Shown here: positions 28,501 through 42,405 of the stretch, piece after piece
Layout of the letters: each line of letters begins with the position of its first letter
How positions within the stretch are numbered: position 1 is the stretch's first letter
Source of the DNA: Tubiluchus corallicola
Lineage: Eukaryota > Animalia > Priapulida
Length of the DNA stretch: 64,000 bases
Assembly (NCBI GenBank): GCA_030141605.1
Contig: JAQGDQ010000010.1
Coordinates: 1-64,000, forward strand
Reading direction: 5' to 3'
The notes under the pieces: generated by a model
Database searches by the model: none
The model's input: the letters and a program-made list of their open reading frames with translations, nothing else
Told to the model about the DNA's origin: nothing
Position numbers and translations under genes: made by a program

Positions 28501-31500
28501 ACTTGACAGTATTATTGATATTATGTAAAAACTGATAACTATTTACATCTATGTCTAGGGCAAGATAATGATTATTACATAATAAAGTGTTTTTGCAAAG
28601 TTAGAAAGTTAAACTTTGTTAAATATCAAAAGCAAAAAACAATATGACTAAAACCGTTTTCCACAAGTTAGAACAATGAAAAAATACGCCTTCTATATCG
28701 GTTTTGATTTTAAACTCATCATATTCAATATATGAAAGTTTCAAATTGCTCCTACAATAAATACAGCGAAACGACACTGGTTGTTACTAATGTGAGTTTA
28801 CTGTTATGTTTCTATAGCACTCAGATTAAAACCACAAAATCACACTAACATAAGAATGATATCACGTAAAAGCAGCGCCGACCACGAGACGACAACGCGG
28901 ACAAATTTAGACTACACCGCCTAAACGTCTAAACTTCGAATATCCACCAAGAGCTCAGCAGCAGCCACATCGGTACCACCGCTCACAATACATCAATACT
29001 ACACGCACACACACAAAAGCCGCATCAATCACTATGCATTTGGAGCAACCAAAGTGTATCTAGGACCTACAGATTCCATATGCAAACGAAATGCTTAGCT
29101 GATTTGCTGCGATTCATGCATGCATTATAGCTCTCTATATATATATATATATTTAAGAATTTTAAGCTCAACAATAGCGCAACAATACACAGAAATTTAG
29201 TACAATTGAAGCACAATTAATTATCATGCACTATTTCTCAGCAACATTAAAAAATTCCCATGCTTTGTACGCCATAGCCACTTTTAATCAATGCTTCCAT
29301 AGATAAAAATACTGTACGCAGCTTCGCAGGTGACAGGACGTACAAAATAATCTTAGTGGAGTCCAGGCTTAGAAAAAATTGTAATAACCGATTGATTAGT
29401 GTGTGATTATAAATAATTCGATAGCTCTCAATGGTTACAAGATTTGAAATTGTGTATTTTAAACGTACATTTTAATTTTTGAATAATAACAAACTGTTAG
29501 ATATTAGTGAAATAAAAGACCTTAAACCGTTAGGCCTCTATAGCGTTTCGGTCAAAAACATTTGTTACTTAGGAAAACATTCAACGTTTCAAACAATATC
29601 GAATGAGCCCACTAATGCACAGTCGAATTGGCCAATTGCTCATTCAGCCGGTCGGTCAACTACGAAACAAATGAGATGATTAATGGTACCCAAATCTCGC
29701 AAGATTTATTTGACAAGTCTAACGTTAAAAAAACAATGTAGGTGAAATCATTTTTTGTTAAATGGCCAGCAAAACAGTTTCTAAACTCCAAGAGTAAAAA
29801 AATTTCTACAGATGCTTTTTAGCGAACTAAGACCCATTCCTCGACTCCCAAACTCTTTGACGAGTTTCATCAGGATTTTCTTGTGCCAAACATGCGAGAG
29901 TTCCAAAAAAGTTAGCATATTTTTTTGGATTTAATTAAAAAATTTAATGCAGTAAACAACAAAATTGAAAAAGACACAAAGCCCCAGATAAGAGTATGCA
30001 ACTGATGATACTGCTCAATAATATAGATGCTCTGTAATATACTTTAGATGCTCTATAATATTCATTTATAATATACTTGTATGGCCTCCAAAACTGACAA
30101 GCCAAAACAATTCATGTACATGTTTTCGCGCACACTACGATGTCGCTGAGAAATATGCAGTATACATGTAATTCTTCGTCTCCATTCAGATACGTAAGTC
30201 ACTTTTCCTCTTGCAACTTCCAATAAAGGCCTAAAGTACATTGAAAAAATGCATTAGGTGCATGCATCTTGTAGTCCTTGATTGCACTGAAATCAAGTTC
30301 ATTTGCAATTTGGCATTCACAAGTCGACCCGGGGGTCAAACGAAGTCGAATCAATTCACTTGGCGCAGCTTATCCGGTCAGCTTTTAAAAACTCAGCACG
30401 ACGCTTCCTCGAGTGCCGCGGATAAGGAATTTTTCTGAATGAACTTATGGAGTGCCACCCTAGTGACGGGGTGTCAATACCACAGCGCAAACACAACCAA
30501 AGCTAAAACAACTACAGCTAATACGGCGTGCCGAATTCGGCAATGATTTTTTATTTGCAGTTACAATTCGAACTTTTTGTATCTTGCTTTATATTGATCC
30601 ACAATCACTAAAATTCTTCAATGGGAGAGTTCGAGTCCACCCTTGATACCTACAGAGTATAAATGACAATCTATCACAAGGTAATATGGCTTAATCCTCA
30701 TTCATAGTACAACGATTCTGTCAAGTCTATAACATGTCAAACGAAAAGCAAGTGATGCCAGTAACGGCGAAATGGTGATTGGTGCACTAATGGAGGTGTA
30801 GAATCGACAGCCTATACGGTTAGAATGCTATGGTGTCATTCCCCATATCACATTCTAAGTTGTGAAATTAACACTGGTACAGTGGTATATTTGTTCGTAT
30901 TTCGTTTCATGAAATGGATAAAGTTTGGCCACGCGTACTGTTTAGTCGTTGGCGGAAGATGTAATCCATGTTTTCCTTTTCAAAAACATGCTGTGCCGTT
31001 GTCACAAAACATCGTGGTTACATAGAAGCCACAACATGCTACATAGTGCGTGTACAAATAATATGTGCAAAAATTATATATACGAGGTTTTTGATATGCA
31101 ATTCGCTCAAATAAAACCAGCCGCTGCTTAAGGCAAGAAGCTAAAAACCAATGTTGATGACTATGGGATGACCAAAACTACACAAGTGTATCAATAAAAC
31201 TTCTCTCGTTTTGTCCTAGCTCCTAGCCACGTTCGACTTTATACACATTCACCCAAACAAAAAATCTATGTGTCATCCTCATTTCAATATTAGGCTCAAC
31301 CGTACATTAATCAATATAAAACAGTAACATCATTAATAATGGCCAGTTGAGCTCAACACTTTTTTCAGGTAATTTGAAGAGAAAGGTAATTAATTCTAAA
31401 GAAAATTGATTTCAATTTCTGAACTTTGAAATTAAAGTTTTGTGTGTCAGTTAAACTAAGGCGTCATTTCAAAATTGCACGACTATAAACGCCTCGCCTG

Positions 31501-34500
31501 ACTTGTTGATCTTTGTAACAAGTTTTACGGCGAATCCCGCCCGTGGACCCACCCACTGTCAACCCACAATTGCACCAGTGTTGGTGCGTAATCTTTTAAT
31601 GTTCAGCCACCCACTGGTCACAGCTGTGCATGGATTTATGGACTTTCTGACAGTAGCCAGAGTTGGCACGCAGAGGGAAACTGCTTTAAGATCTCGCCAA
31701 CAACTTCACATTTGCTATTGCAGAGATAGTCTTAAGCATCGCTGGCTCTGGTAAGCAGTTGGTTGGTAACTTTGGTGATTCCGCATAACTGAAAAAGTTT
31801 TAGCAGCCAGGCAAACGTCCACTACGTCCAGCAAAGAGGGTTTTACAAAACCCGTTTATAATCTCTATATGTTAAACCCTGTTAAATTCAAAAAGTCCAT
31901 TATTGAACTTAAGAAGCAGCCCTGACTCAATAAATGTGAAGAAACCCTTTATTAATGAATGTCGCGTGCCTCTTCTTTGTGCTTTAATGAAATTAAAGTT
32001 AATAAATCAAGAGAACTTTATGCAGTAACTAGATCATAGTAAACAAGTCAAGAGTACTTTATGCAGTAACCACATAAGTGCTAAAACAAAAAAGGATGCT
32101 ACATCAAGTAACACATAACAAACTCATCGCAGAAGAAATAATGACCAGTGAAAGCTGTAAAAAATAATCTAGATATCATACGTTTATTTATGCACCTTAC
32201 AATTTACATCAAAGCTTCTGGTATTCAGCAAATCTCCTCAGTATTTTTTAAAAGCACTCACAATTGACTATACAATGATTTATTATTACGATTACTCCCA
32301 TGAGCAATGGAGAACCATTTATGATTTCTAAGCCCTTACTATAAATTCTGTGACCTGAAAACGTCCAAAATGGCCATCAACACCTTAAGTGCCCATGCAA
32401 AGCAAACTAACTATTGTTAACACCCCTTTAAATGGTCATTAGTGAATTCTCCACCTGTGGTCACTCTTGTCCGAGAACAGCCACACTGCCAATAACTAAT
32501 GATTAATTGCTTATGCAATCCACAGTTTGCAAGAGGTCAACACCAGCAGGGGTCGCCACTTGCAACAATGGCCATTGAAGTTTCGCAAAAGATTGACTGC
32601 CGCAAACAATGCTATCACAAGGCAAATCTCTGTGCTTACTTGGCTGTGTAAGGAAGTTATTTGTCAACAAAGGTTTAATAATGATGATAATGATGGTGAT
32701 GTTGAGCATGTAAAGCATACCATAGAGATACTAACAATGAGATGTTGGTATGAGAGTGCACATACACAATGCTGTGCACATGGGATACAGCCTCATCAAG
32801 TCTCTAAAAGGAGTTGATCTAGCAGGTTCCACATGTACCCGATCTGGAAATCAGATAACATTAGTGAAAGTAATTTGCGAAATAATATGAGGAACAGATA
32901 GCCCGCCTTCCCAGCATTGTTTTTGGATATCTGAGGAAGTAATGTGTGAAAACTGGCAAAAACTTTGATCTGCATCTTAGATAAAATTAGAGCTTAGGCT
33001 TATATAAAGAGATTAACTAAACACGTCTCTTTTGTCACGACAATTAGACCTTTTTTTAATATCAAATTCAATTCGAAAAGGACGTAGTTTTTAATAACTA
33101 CAGTGAATAAGGACACATTTTACAAAAGCATGCATGGAAGCTTTATATATTAAAATTAATTATGCTAGTTAGAAATACGGTATGTAAGTTTCCACAGTAA
33201 CAGGGATTACACACACTATATTGGCATGGAACATTTCTACTGATGAGTAGCGAACTAATGTAAAATACAACACCTGAGACTGTGACTAAAATCTTTTTTG
33301 GCCCACTTCCGACGTGTACGTCAATGAAGGAAAACTATGGAAAAGTCAAACATTGAATCAAATTTGATTCGAATTGTTTGCGCTGGTCTAAATTCTGATA
33401 TACCTAAACAGTCAGCTTTTTCCGATAACTGAACTAGACGAATTTAACATCGTCATTTCGCCAATGACCGGGCGATGTTATCAAAACGACTCTTGTGCTG
33501 CCATCTATTACACACACAGGCACTAAAAACGTAGGTGTTGAATAATTTATTATGCTTCAGACATTTTTGAGGCTTTTTTTTAGGAAGCATGCATGATTTG
33601 CGCCCGATATAAAGCTAAATAGACATCATCGTTTATTATAAATATCTGTTTCATGATTAGGCCAATATGATATTCTTCGACTGATTTGAATGTTTAGCGT
33701 AACTTCATTGAATTCTACTTGCTCCGCAGCTTCTAATAAGCTTCAAACTCCAACTATTGAAAAGCAACAGGTATAAATGGAAATTATCAGCGGGTCACTC
33801 CCTTCTTTAATGAAACTTTACATCCATTTCCATTTTTCTGCTTCTGTCGCCATGGAAACAATAAACGAGTTTATTAACGGCAGATGATCTAATCATAATA
33901 TTTGCGCGCTGGGAACATTAACATTAAAACAAACAGCGGGAAAACGTACAGAATTTTTCCTGTTCAAAAACAGCGGTGCGCCGGTGACACGGGATGTTAC
34001 AGCTGGGCAATGGCAGCCAATGGAATTCGAGCCTTAATTCATCGAACGGCTTTAATTGAAAGCAGGATGAGTGCTCTCTGTCGCAGACTCGAACCAATAT
34101 TCGCCCGTCAACAATCAATATTTTGAAACAAAATGAAGAACGGATGCTGCTTGGGTTAGAGGGATAAAAACCATTAAATCAACATCGTCACAGACATGTG
34201 AAAATTGCAAGCAGCTCGGTGGAATCTTTTAACCCGTTCCCCACGGCGGAAACGCACACATTCCAATCACAAACACTCACACAGTAAATTATGATGCCGG
34301 CACCTATAAATACTGAAAAATCATCATCGTCATCATCATTACCAATATCATTATTATTATTATAATTATTGGTCGTTATTGATCGATAGCTTGATCGTCA
34401 GTGAATCAAAAAGTGAGCTAGTTAAACTTAATAGTAATGTAAACTATTTCACTTCATGTAAATTCCCTGCAAATAGAGGGAATTTATATCATACGTAGCT

Positions 34501-35084
34501 TTTTTTAAATAAGGAATTATAATAATAAAATAATAATGCAAACTAACGAAATCAGTTAATAAACAAAGCGCTAAAAATTACCCCTAAACGAATCTAGTGT
34601 TTGAAAGTAAAAAGAAATCAATAAAAAATATAGTACTTGAAAGTAATCCTGAATTTAGCAAAGATAAAAATAAAAAAGTACATATTACTAGTGACTGAAA
34701 GGTTACTAGAACAACTTTTTAGGATTTTGAACGCTCATACCGATTTTGCTATACCAGAGTTGCGCTTATTCAACAAATCGCAATGAGTAACTATGAGTTT
34801 TAGGTTTCATTTAGCATATCACAGTCATATGATTCATTGCAGAACGTTGTCGTCGTCGTTGCAGCTACTGTTGATTTTCTTAATGTGTTCAACCTGGCTG
34901 TCTGTTTGAAGAAGCGCGAGTTTTGAACTACAATATAACTCTACCAGTAGCTTAAATCTCAGGAAATCATGGTATAATATAGGCGAGTATATACTGAGGC
35001 TCTCTGTAACGAAGGACATATCTATTACTAAGGTAAAGGTTTCATGTAAGCATCATGAAATTTGGTTACTCTTTTTCAAACTCT

Positions 35085-35395
35085 AATAGCAATGCTAACA
35101 ATACTAATAGAATAAACAAGCCTACCTATACTCTTCAATAAATTCTTAGTAAATGTAATCTATAGCCCGCCAATCGCCAATATTGCCAATCCTAAAACTG
35201 TTTGAATAATGCTAATCAGGCTAAACTCAGCTAACAGTGCTAATCACACTAAACTACGTATATTCTAAATCTGTTAAGCCATGGTGACCACGCTAAAAAC
35301 CACTAACAGTGCTAACGATTCTAAACTATATTCTAAATCCGCTAAAGCATGCTAACCATGCCGAAATCTGTCAAAGCGTGATAACAATGCTATTA
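35085..35395. repeat. Degenerate ~9 bp-period (nnnGCTAAn) minisatellite
   Basis: GCTAA/ACTAA/TCTAA recur at roughly 9 nt spacing, e.g. atgctaatc aggctaaac tcagctaac agtgctaat cacactaaa. Confidence 0.6.
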
Positions 35396-36224
35396 TAGAT
35401 GTAAATATGACATTTTCGCAGTTTGATGCGTTCTACGTAATTCTGTGCGAAAATACCAAATCAGTAAACTTCAATCTCTTCAAATTACCTTTTCCAACTA
35501 GACCAACAGTGACCTTCATGTAGGGCGTTTTAACTACCCGCAACGACTACACAAATTCTTGTATAAAAGCCACGTGATAAATGCACGAATTATTTGTCTC
35601 TCATTAAATTCACATAAGCAGCTGTCAATTGTGAATAAATCTGACATTCATCGTGAATAGAAAACCGCGTGAATAATTTAGCCGCTATTTAAATGAGCAT
35701 TAATTAATTATTAAGCGTATCCATATTGATCACTACAAACGATTATTATGCAAGTGACAATGGGAGAAACCAGCTGGCTGTTACGTAATATTGTCAAGGA
35801 GAAGCCAAATTGAGATGGGATGTAGAGAGGGCGCCTTGAAGAGTTGTCATGAATTATAGCTTAGCTTCATATATAAAATAGCGCAAAGCACATTGTTGAT
35901 GAATGATAAATGTAAGCACTGAATTCACTTTCTAGTATACCTGGCGCCGAATACAAAACATACTAAAATAAAAATTCTACTGTTTAAGAGAAGAAAACGG
36001 CTTTTCACAAGGCTGTTGGCATCGTGAAATTGCTGTTTGGCATTGTGAAGTTGCTGGCTGCAATCATTTGTGTCCTTGACGTTGTTGCTACTGAGGCAAC
36101 GACTGTTATAGAAACTGACATTGTTTCTGCAATAATATTGTTGCTTCAGTTTCTTTTCTTGTAGCGATTCTTGCTGTCGCTATTGTCATCAATGGTGCTG
36201 CCATTATGCTAATTTTCTCACTAC

Positions 36225-36233
36225 TGTTGCTGT

Positions 36234-36278
<45 letters not shown>

Positions 36279-36312
36279 TGTTGCTGTTGTTGTTGTTGTT
36301 GCTGTTGCTATT
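36225..36312. repeat. (GTT/GCT)n microsatellite
   Basis: Seen directly. Confidence 0.92.
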
Positions 36313-36829
36313 GTAATTTCCTGAGGTGTCACTGTTGTGCACTGTACATGAAGGTGATTTGAAAACATTAAATCTATTGCGCATAATATGGCAAGAAGGA
36401 GTAGAACTGATATATGCTGGCATTAATTAATCTTTCTAATGCGTTTCTAAACAAACAGCAAAATATCTCTGAGTAAAACAGCGTATGATATAATATAAAA
36501 GAACAGTTTTTAATTGTAGTAATTCGCTGTATCTCGCTGAAACTTAAAATTAATCTGGCTGATGTTTTTCTTACAAAGCTTGCCATTTAATGTTACACCG
36601 TGGTGCTGGTTTTTCTAATAACGAAGAAGGTTTATTTTCTAGCACGCTTGCAGCAATATACGCAATAACAATCATCTTTTAGCCAGTGTTACTCGGTAAA
36701 GGATTGAAGCCATCAGTGTATGTTATAATGTAAGATGAGACTATAACGCTCGCACACGCATTAAGGTATTAAGCTAAAGCTGCTAATGGCTTCCCCGGCA
36801 AACACGACTAAGCACTCAGCCCGACCGGA

Positions 36830-36843
36830 ACACCAGAGGGCGC
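36830..36843 (+). promoter_or_regulatory. CTCF-like motif in a small GC-rich island
   Basis: ACACCAGAGGGCGC vs consensus CCASYAGRKGGCRS, one mismatch. Confidence 0.5.
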
Positions 36844-37475
36844 CACCGGCGCTCGACCGCGGTGGAGGTAAGTGGCTTCGATATGCGCCCAACTGATACT
36901 TTTACTTTTGACAAAACTTCAAGGTTAATGCTTCACTAGTGCAAACGTTTTTACTATTACATTAAAAACGCATAACAAATAGCCATGCTGTTTGAATAAA
37001 ACTATTAATTTAACTGTATGTAATCGTATTACAATATACGCCTTGTGATTACACATTTTTACATAAATATCTAATACATAGTAGCAAAACATGTACAACA
37101 CTTATAAAAGGACAGTAATGAAACCATACAAGTTAGACGCCGGTTACACCACAGACGGAATATAAAATTATGATATATGAAGCAAATGAAACACCAACAC
37201 ACAAACAAAAACAGTCCACCTGATTATAATAATGACATTTTAATTGTCGAAATGGTAAATAATATGCACATTTATTATTTATGCCTTCCGCAATAAGACG
37301 GAAACTCCGCCCAAATAAACAGCACCACCCAGGGATTGTTATACCCATCTTTGACAATGTTTTGCATAACTTACATAACCGTGTCAAAACAGTATATCAT
37401 TAGCGTTACGTCACGGCAGCTAGGCATTTGATAGCAGATTGGGTGGGGAGACGAAAGCAGGTTCATACGAATAAA

Positions 37476-37674
37476 AGTGGCGTTTACCACTAATCCGAAA
37501 TGCGTATGCGTTATGCGGATGTGAAATAGATAAAATCAGTTTATGCATTGTTTTCAATACACCCATTTATCAGATCAGAGTTATGCGCTTTTTTCTGCAG
37601 CTATTTTCTGTTGATTTTTTTATTCGGCAGGTAGATGACGTATAACGGATTCCGGATGTCTGGTAAACACCACT
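37476..37674. mobile_element. Second, diverged copy of the Harbinger-like MITE
   Basis: TIRs AGTGGCGTTTACCA ... TGGTAAACACCACT. Shares internal blocks (attgttttcaat.caccc..ttatcaga; ttttttctgcagc.attttct.ttgatttttt) with 27101..27345. Confidence 0.75.
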
Positions 37675-39517
37675 ACTTAATAGCAAAAAAGTAAAATGTT
37701 CGCAAAAGCGAAAAGCGTTATGCGAAATGCAAAACCGAAAAAACACTTTATCAAATTCGGGCATCGTACGTCATACGCCTAGAATTCTGTTGTGTATTTT
37801 GTGAGTTGTCAAATAACGTAAATTATATTCGAGATGTTTGGTATTTGGGCCATCATCCATCCTGATTTTTCAGGAGAAATACAATGGCAGTGTATAAAAA
37901 TGGTCACATCACATTGGTGCGATAACAGGGGGCATTCATTAGTTAACAGCTGGGTTACGTAAACGCTGGCTAATAAGTAACATACAAATGCCAGAGGCAT
38001 AGAAACAGAGGATGTCTCCAATGATATTTCATTGCAAATAGAGCCTAAAACTTGCCACGCAATTAAAGATAGTGCACATACATGGATTCAAAAATCTTAT
38101 GTTACTTGTTCTAGTTAATTACCATTACTGTAATGCCATTATCATTATCATCACCATTTTATAATCAGAGCGTTACCATAACTCCCACTCCCAAAATCAG
38201 TCTCTGGCGTAACCAAAGAGTAAGGGGATTACATAAACGAGGGGAGAGAGGAAGGACGAAAAAAATCATACAGTTATAGTTAGTTTTTATAGTTAGTTTT
38301 ATAAGTTAAGGTTTAAACCTTAAATAATTTACAACTAAAGTAAATTTTTCGTTCTTTCTTTGAAAAATGTAGTGATTATAGAACTTTTGTAATATTTGAT
38401 AATGCAAGACAATTAAAACATTAAAATTGGGATATGTTGCCCGTTGAGTAAGTGGCAATTACACCGACATGAATACACTTATTATAATATACTTATAACT
38501 GCATTATGTATATTATGTACTAAATATAGTATCTAAAGATAGATACTACAGATGGATAGATAGACAGACAAACAAGCAGACTGCAGACAGAGAGACAAAT
38601 AGATAGATATGCGTTTTATATTTACAAATTACATGCGTTGTAATTTTTCTGGCGCGTATGCTACAACAGCGTCACTCATGAATCAATGCAGTTCTACAAA
38701 ATTCATTTATCAAATTATGTACCTTTTATGGGAAGTAATTCTTTAAATGAGTAGGAAACTAAATATACAATACGACTAGATTTGTACTGTACTAGAAAAT
38801 GCCCGTACCACATTCATTTATATAAAAGCTTTTCTGGACTAGAAGCCTGAAATACCTTCCTGCACTCGTTCACTACATGCAACTCTGAAGCCATTGTGAC
38901 AGCTTCAACAACTTGTAATCTTACCTGACGAATTCTGGCTTCTATACAGCATTTTCACAGAAACGGCATTCATCTGACAACGACTTAGGGTGGAACTACT
39001 TCACAGCAATTAAATGTGAAGGGAAACATAAAGAAAACTGGTAGAATAGATAAAGCTTATACGTGCTGAGCAGTGAAGGGAATTAACGACAAAGGTGCAT
39101 AAAATAAAACGTTAACTAGGACTAAAATACTAGGCACCCGAGACTTGGATACACCCCGGTTCATTTTCATTGCGTTGAATACTGATGTAAAGAGTTTTGC
39201 AGTGCAACGACTCTGCGGAGGTTTTAACCAGAATTCTGGTTATACATGCTGACAATGAAGCAAGCTCTGAAGTTCGTCACCAGTAAAAAATAGAGTAGAT
39301 ACGAAATTTTCAACAACGTTGTGTAGCCTATAACTTATAACAGTGTGACTTAATTTTGTAAATCAAGTAATTTTGTAATCTTGTAAAATTACTAGACTTG
39401 TACAAAACAATTTCTCTTAAAAGCACCCCACCCCGGCTACAGTTCACAGACTAGTCCCCCCCCCCCTCGACATCAACAAAAAGGTGAATCGCCTTGGTAG
39501 TTGGATGGCTTTTTCGA

Positions 39518-39521
<4 letters not shown>

Positions 39522-39570
<49 letters not shown>
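39522..39570. repeat. (GA)n microsatellite
   Basis: Seen directly. Confidence 0.95.
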
Positions 39571-39572
<2 letters not shown>

Positions 39573-40304
39573 AAATGTAAAAAACACTGTGAAAAATTCT
39601 TGAAGCTTTCACTATTCTTCGCATTTAATCGCATAATTATGAACTTTTTGTTGTTTTGCGTCTTAAGCATGTATTACCTTTACTGAAAGTGCTAATGTAC
39701 ATAACATGCCTATTGTTGTTATTTGGTATTGCAAACAGTGCTCATAAATACGTGTTATACATGGTTATAAAACGCTACATATAGCGCTTATACATGCCAT
39801 CTAAATGTCCCCTAATGTTGTCCCTCTGCAAGGAGCTTGTAAGTTTGTTAGACCCGAATCATATTATTTTACCCGAAGAATGTTGCTTCTATGTATTTTC
39901 CTATCTATCTATTTAAGTAACACGTAAGTTTGTTGACGCAAACAGCTGTTATCTGAATGCATAAAACTTAGCAAGAGAAACACCACTGATACAATATTTA
40001 TGCAAAATATTGCCGGATATCGAATGACGGCAAGACGATACCGGTCGCCCGCGCCCGAATCTGATTGCATCAGGGGCGAAAATATTATTCGTAGATGAAG
40101 AGCTGAGATAGTGAACCTGCCATGCATGCCGTGATGCTGGGAGCCTGAAAGTCTGAAACAGTTGCGAAACACACAGAATGGAAGAAAGAGAAGCCGGTGT
40201 ACAAAGCGCACTACTTCGATTCTGAAAATTCACATCAGTGAAGACAAAATTATCTATTGTCCAAAGAACCTCTAAATAGAAGGATATGATACGTGTGTAT
40301 AGTT

Positions 40305-40700
40305 AGTTAGTTTATTTATTGACATTAACACAGGTAAAATACACTTGAAAATTAACAATCTTACAATAAATGTCCATTTTGTATGCTATAGAGTTAAAGC
40401 GAGTAATAAACCAAATTTTATCTACTTTATCATTTAAATAATTTTAAAATTTGTACGAAAGCAAACGAAAAGTAACTTGTTGAGTTGATTTCAGTAAGTT
40501 GACAATCTAACAGTATATGTTCCTCATTTTGTATATCTCTGTCACACATACAAAACTTTTGATTATATGGAATTCTACATTTCTACTCTATCTACCACTT
40601 TTTTGCTTTTAAACGATGGGATGACAATGTCATAAGTGAAACTGCTATTCTACAACGTTCCAACGAGCAAAGGTTTGCCGTATAAAAAGCAGTGAGAAAC
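40305..40700 (-). mobile_element. Decayed LINE 3' fragment
   Basis: Minus-strand fragments TLSSHRLK../GR*SR and FCMCDRDIQNEEHILLDCQLTE resemble RLSSHxLxIETGR..C.C...EDE.H.L..CP. Ends in an AATAAA/(TAAC)-type tail near 40305..40320. Confidence 0.6.
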
Positions 40701-41299
40701 AATTGTGGATTAATCTTCCCAGATAGTATTGCCTGCGCGTTTGGTCTGCCGCTGTTATTTTGTTGCATTCAATTCAACTTTTATAAAACTTGTCATTTGT
40801 AGCCTGTTACATAATAGTATAAGCGAATGTATATAATATAGATATATAGTATTACATAGTGTACATATAGTATCTATAAAATATAAACTAAACAATACAA
40901 CAGGTATAAGTATAACAATGACATTAATAAATGGCGTCTCAGGTATTGTAAACAGCTTGGTATGGTACACTGCATAGGGCATTGCAAGTAGAACATAACA
41001 CATCAAAAATTACATTGTACGTAAGTAAGATTTTCATTTAAACTCGATAGTTAGAATGAGCCAAAGGTCGAGTGTACCAAAATAATACATAATATAAATA
41101 AACATAAAAAGTGCAAAATATGAAATACAACTTAAAACTATGCAAATTTTACATCAGTGTTATCAAGTAAATAAAAGACTGAGGTTTAAATCAAGCTGAT
41201 AAAATGAGCACAAATTGGTCAAATGAAAATATAAAATATAAAAAAATTAAAACTAAATCTCTGAGCATGCAAGTTATAATATCCTTATAAGCCTATAAA

Positions 41300-41750
41300 T
41301 TTAAAACAAACACGTCCTGTAATAATTTAGCGAAGAATTAATTTGTAAATTTCGAGCAAAATTCTTCAATGCAGTTTTGAAAACGCCCTTTTTAAAACTC
41401 ATAATAGTTGGAGATTCTCCATTAGTTTGAGGAAGCTGATTGAATAGTTTTGCTCCATAAATCTGGAAGGAATGTTTATACATCAAATAGGGTAGAGTAG
41501 TTTTCGGAACTCCTTGACAGCCACTTATAATGCTGATGTCATTATCCATACTTGAATAAGTAAAATGTAAAACTATCCCGCCCCCGCGCGTGACAATACT
41601 ACTATCACTGTGTATCTGTGTACATCGAGGAACATAGTCTAGGCTCTGAAAATAGTTCACTCTGCACAGAAATGAGAATTTCGAAAAAAGAAGCCCATGA
41701 GACAGAGAACTGTATATACGTGTTTTGCAAAATCTATACTTAATTATAGA
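41300..41750 (-). mobile_element. Decayed CR1/L2-like LINE ORF2 3' fragment
   Basis: ORF 41301..41660 contains YKHSFQIYGAKLFNQLPQ...IMSFKK, matching the SF.Y.G..LWN.LP......FK terminal motif. Confidence 0.55.
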
Positions 41751-42344
41751 AAATTAGAGAACTGAGAATTAATGGCATTGGATCATAATTATGATTATCA
41801 TGACGTCTTAATTTTTATTAAATGTGTCGTAATAAGCTATTCTGCCCAACCAACATGTCCTACTCTACAAATTAAACTATAAACTCATACTATAAACCAT
41901 ATACAGAATCTCTATACAAACAGCAGTCTAGCCTGCTGGTAATTTCTAATGTCTTCCTACTCAATTTTCTTACAGCAAGCAATGCCCTCCTTGCCTTAAT
42001 TTTACCATATTCTGCACATTTTATACATTTGCCTGTATGCAGCAGGTATATATTACAGATTTACACATCTGTAAATTCCATACAAGCTGAAAATGTCTCT
42101 TTGTTCCCAAGGATACACGCATGTGTCATCAGGGCGTTAAATAGAGGACCCAAACAACAGAACACCTGTAATAGGTCAATTTAGACAAGCCAGCACGGAC
42201 AGTGGTGATCAATAACCACTCTGGTTGTTAATTGACCACAGCTCATTGATTAAGTGTCCAGTTTCCAATCGGCAGCGTGGCTCGTCAAATCTCTCCAAAT
42301 GACTAAATGGCTGAGCCAGAAAGAGGTGACCTCAAGAACAGTCA

Positions 42345-42405
42345 GAGAGAGAGAGAGAGAGAGGGGGGGAGAGAGAGAGAGAGAGGGAGAGGGGGGGAGA
42401 GAGAG
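42345..42405. repeat. Imperfect (GA)n / polypurine tract
   Basis: Seen directly. Confidence 0.9.

Noticed and set aside
30629-30638. Pol III B-box-like GTTCGAGTCC (tRNA or SINE)
   Set aside because: No A-box at a suitable distance and no cloverleaf.
32008-32070. Short tandem duplications (also 21505-21540 and 30020-30062) as a CRISPR-like array
   Set aside because: Only two units each, eukaryotic context, and no cas genes.
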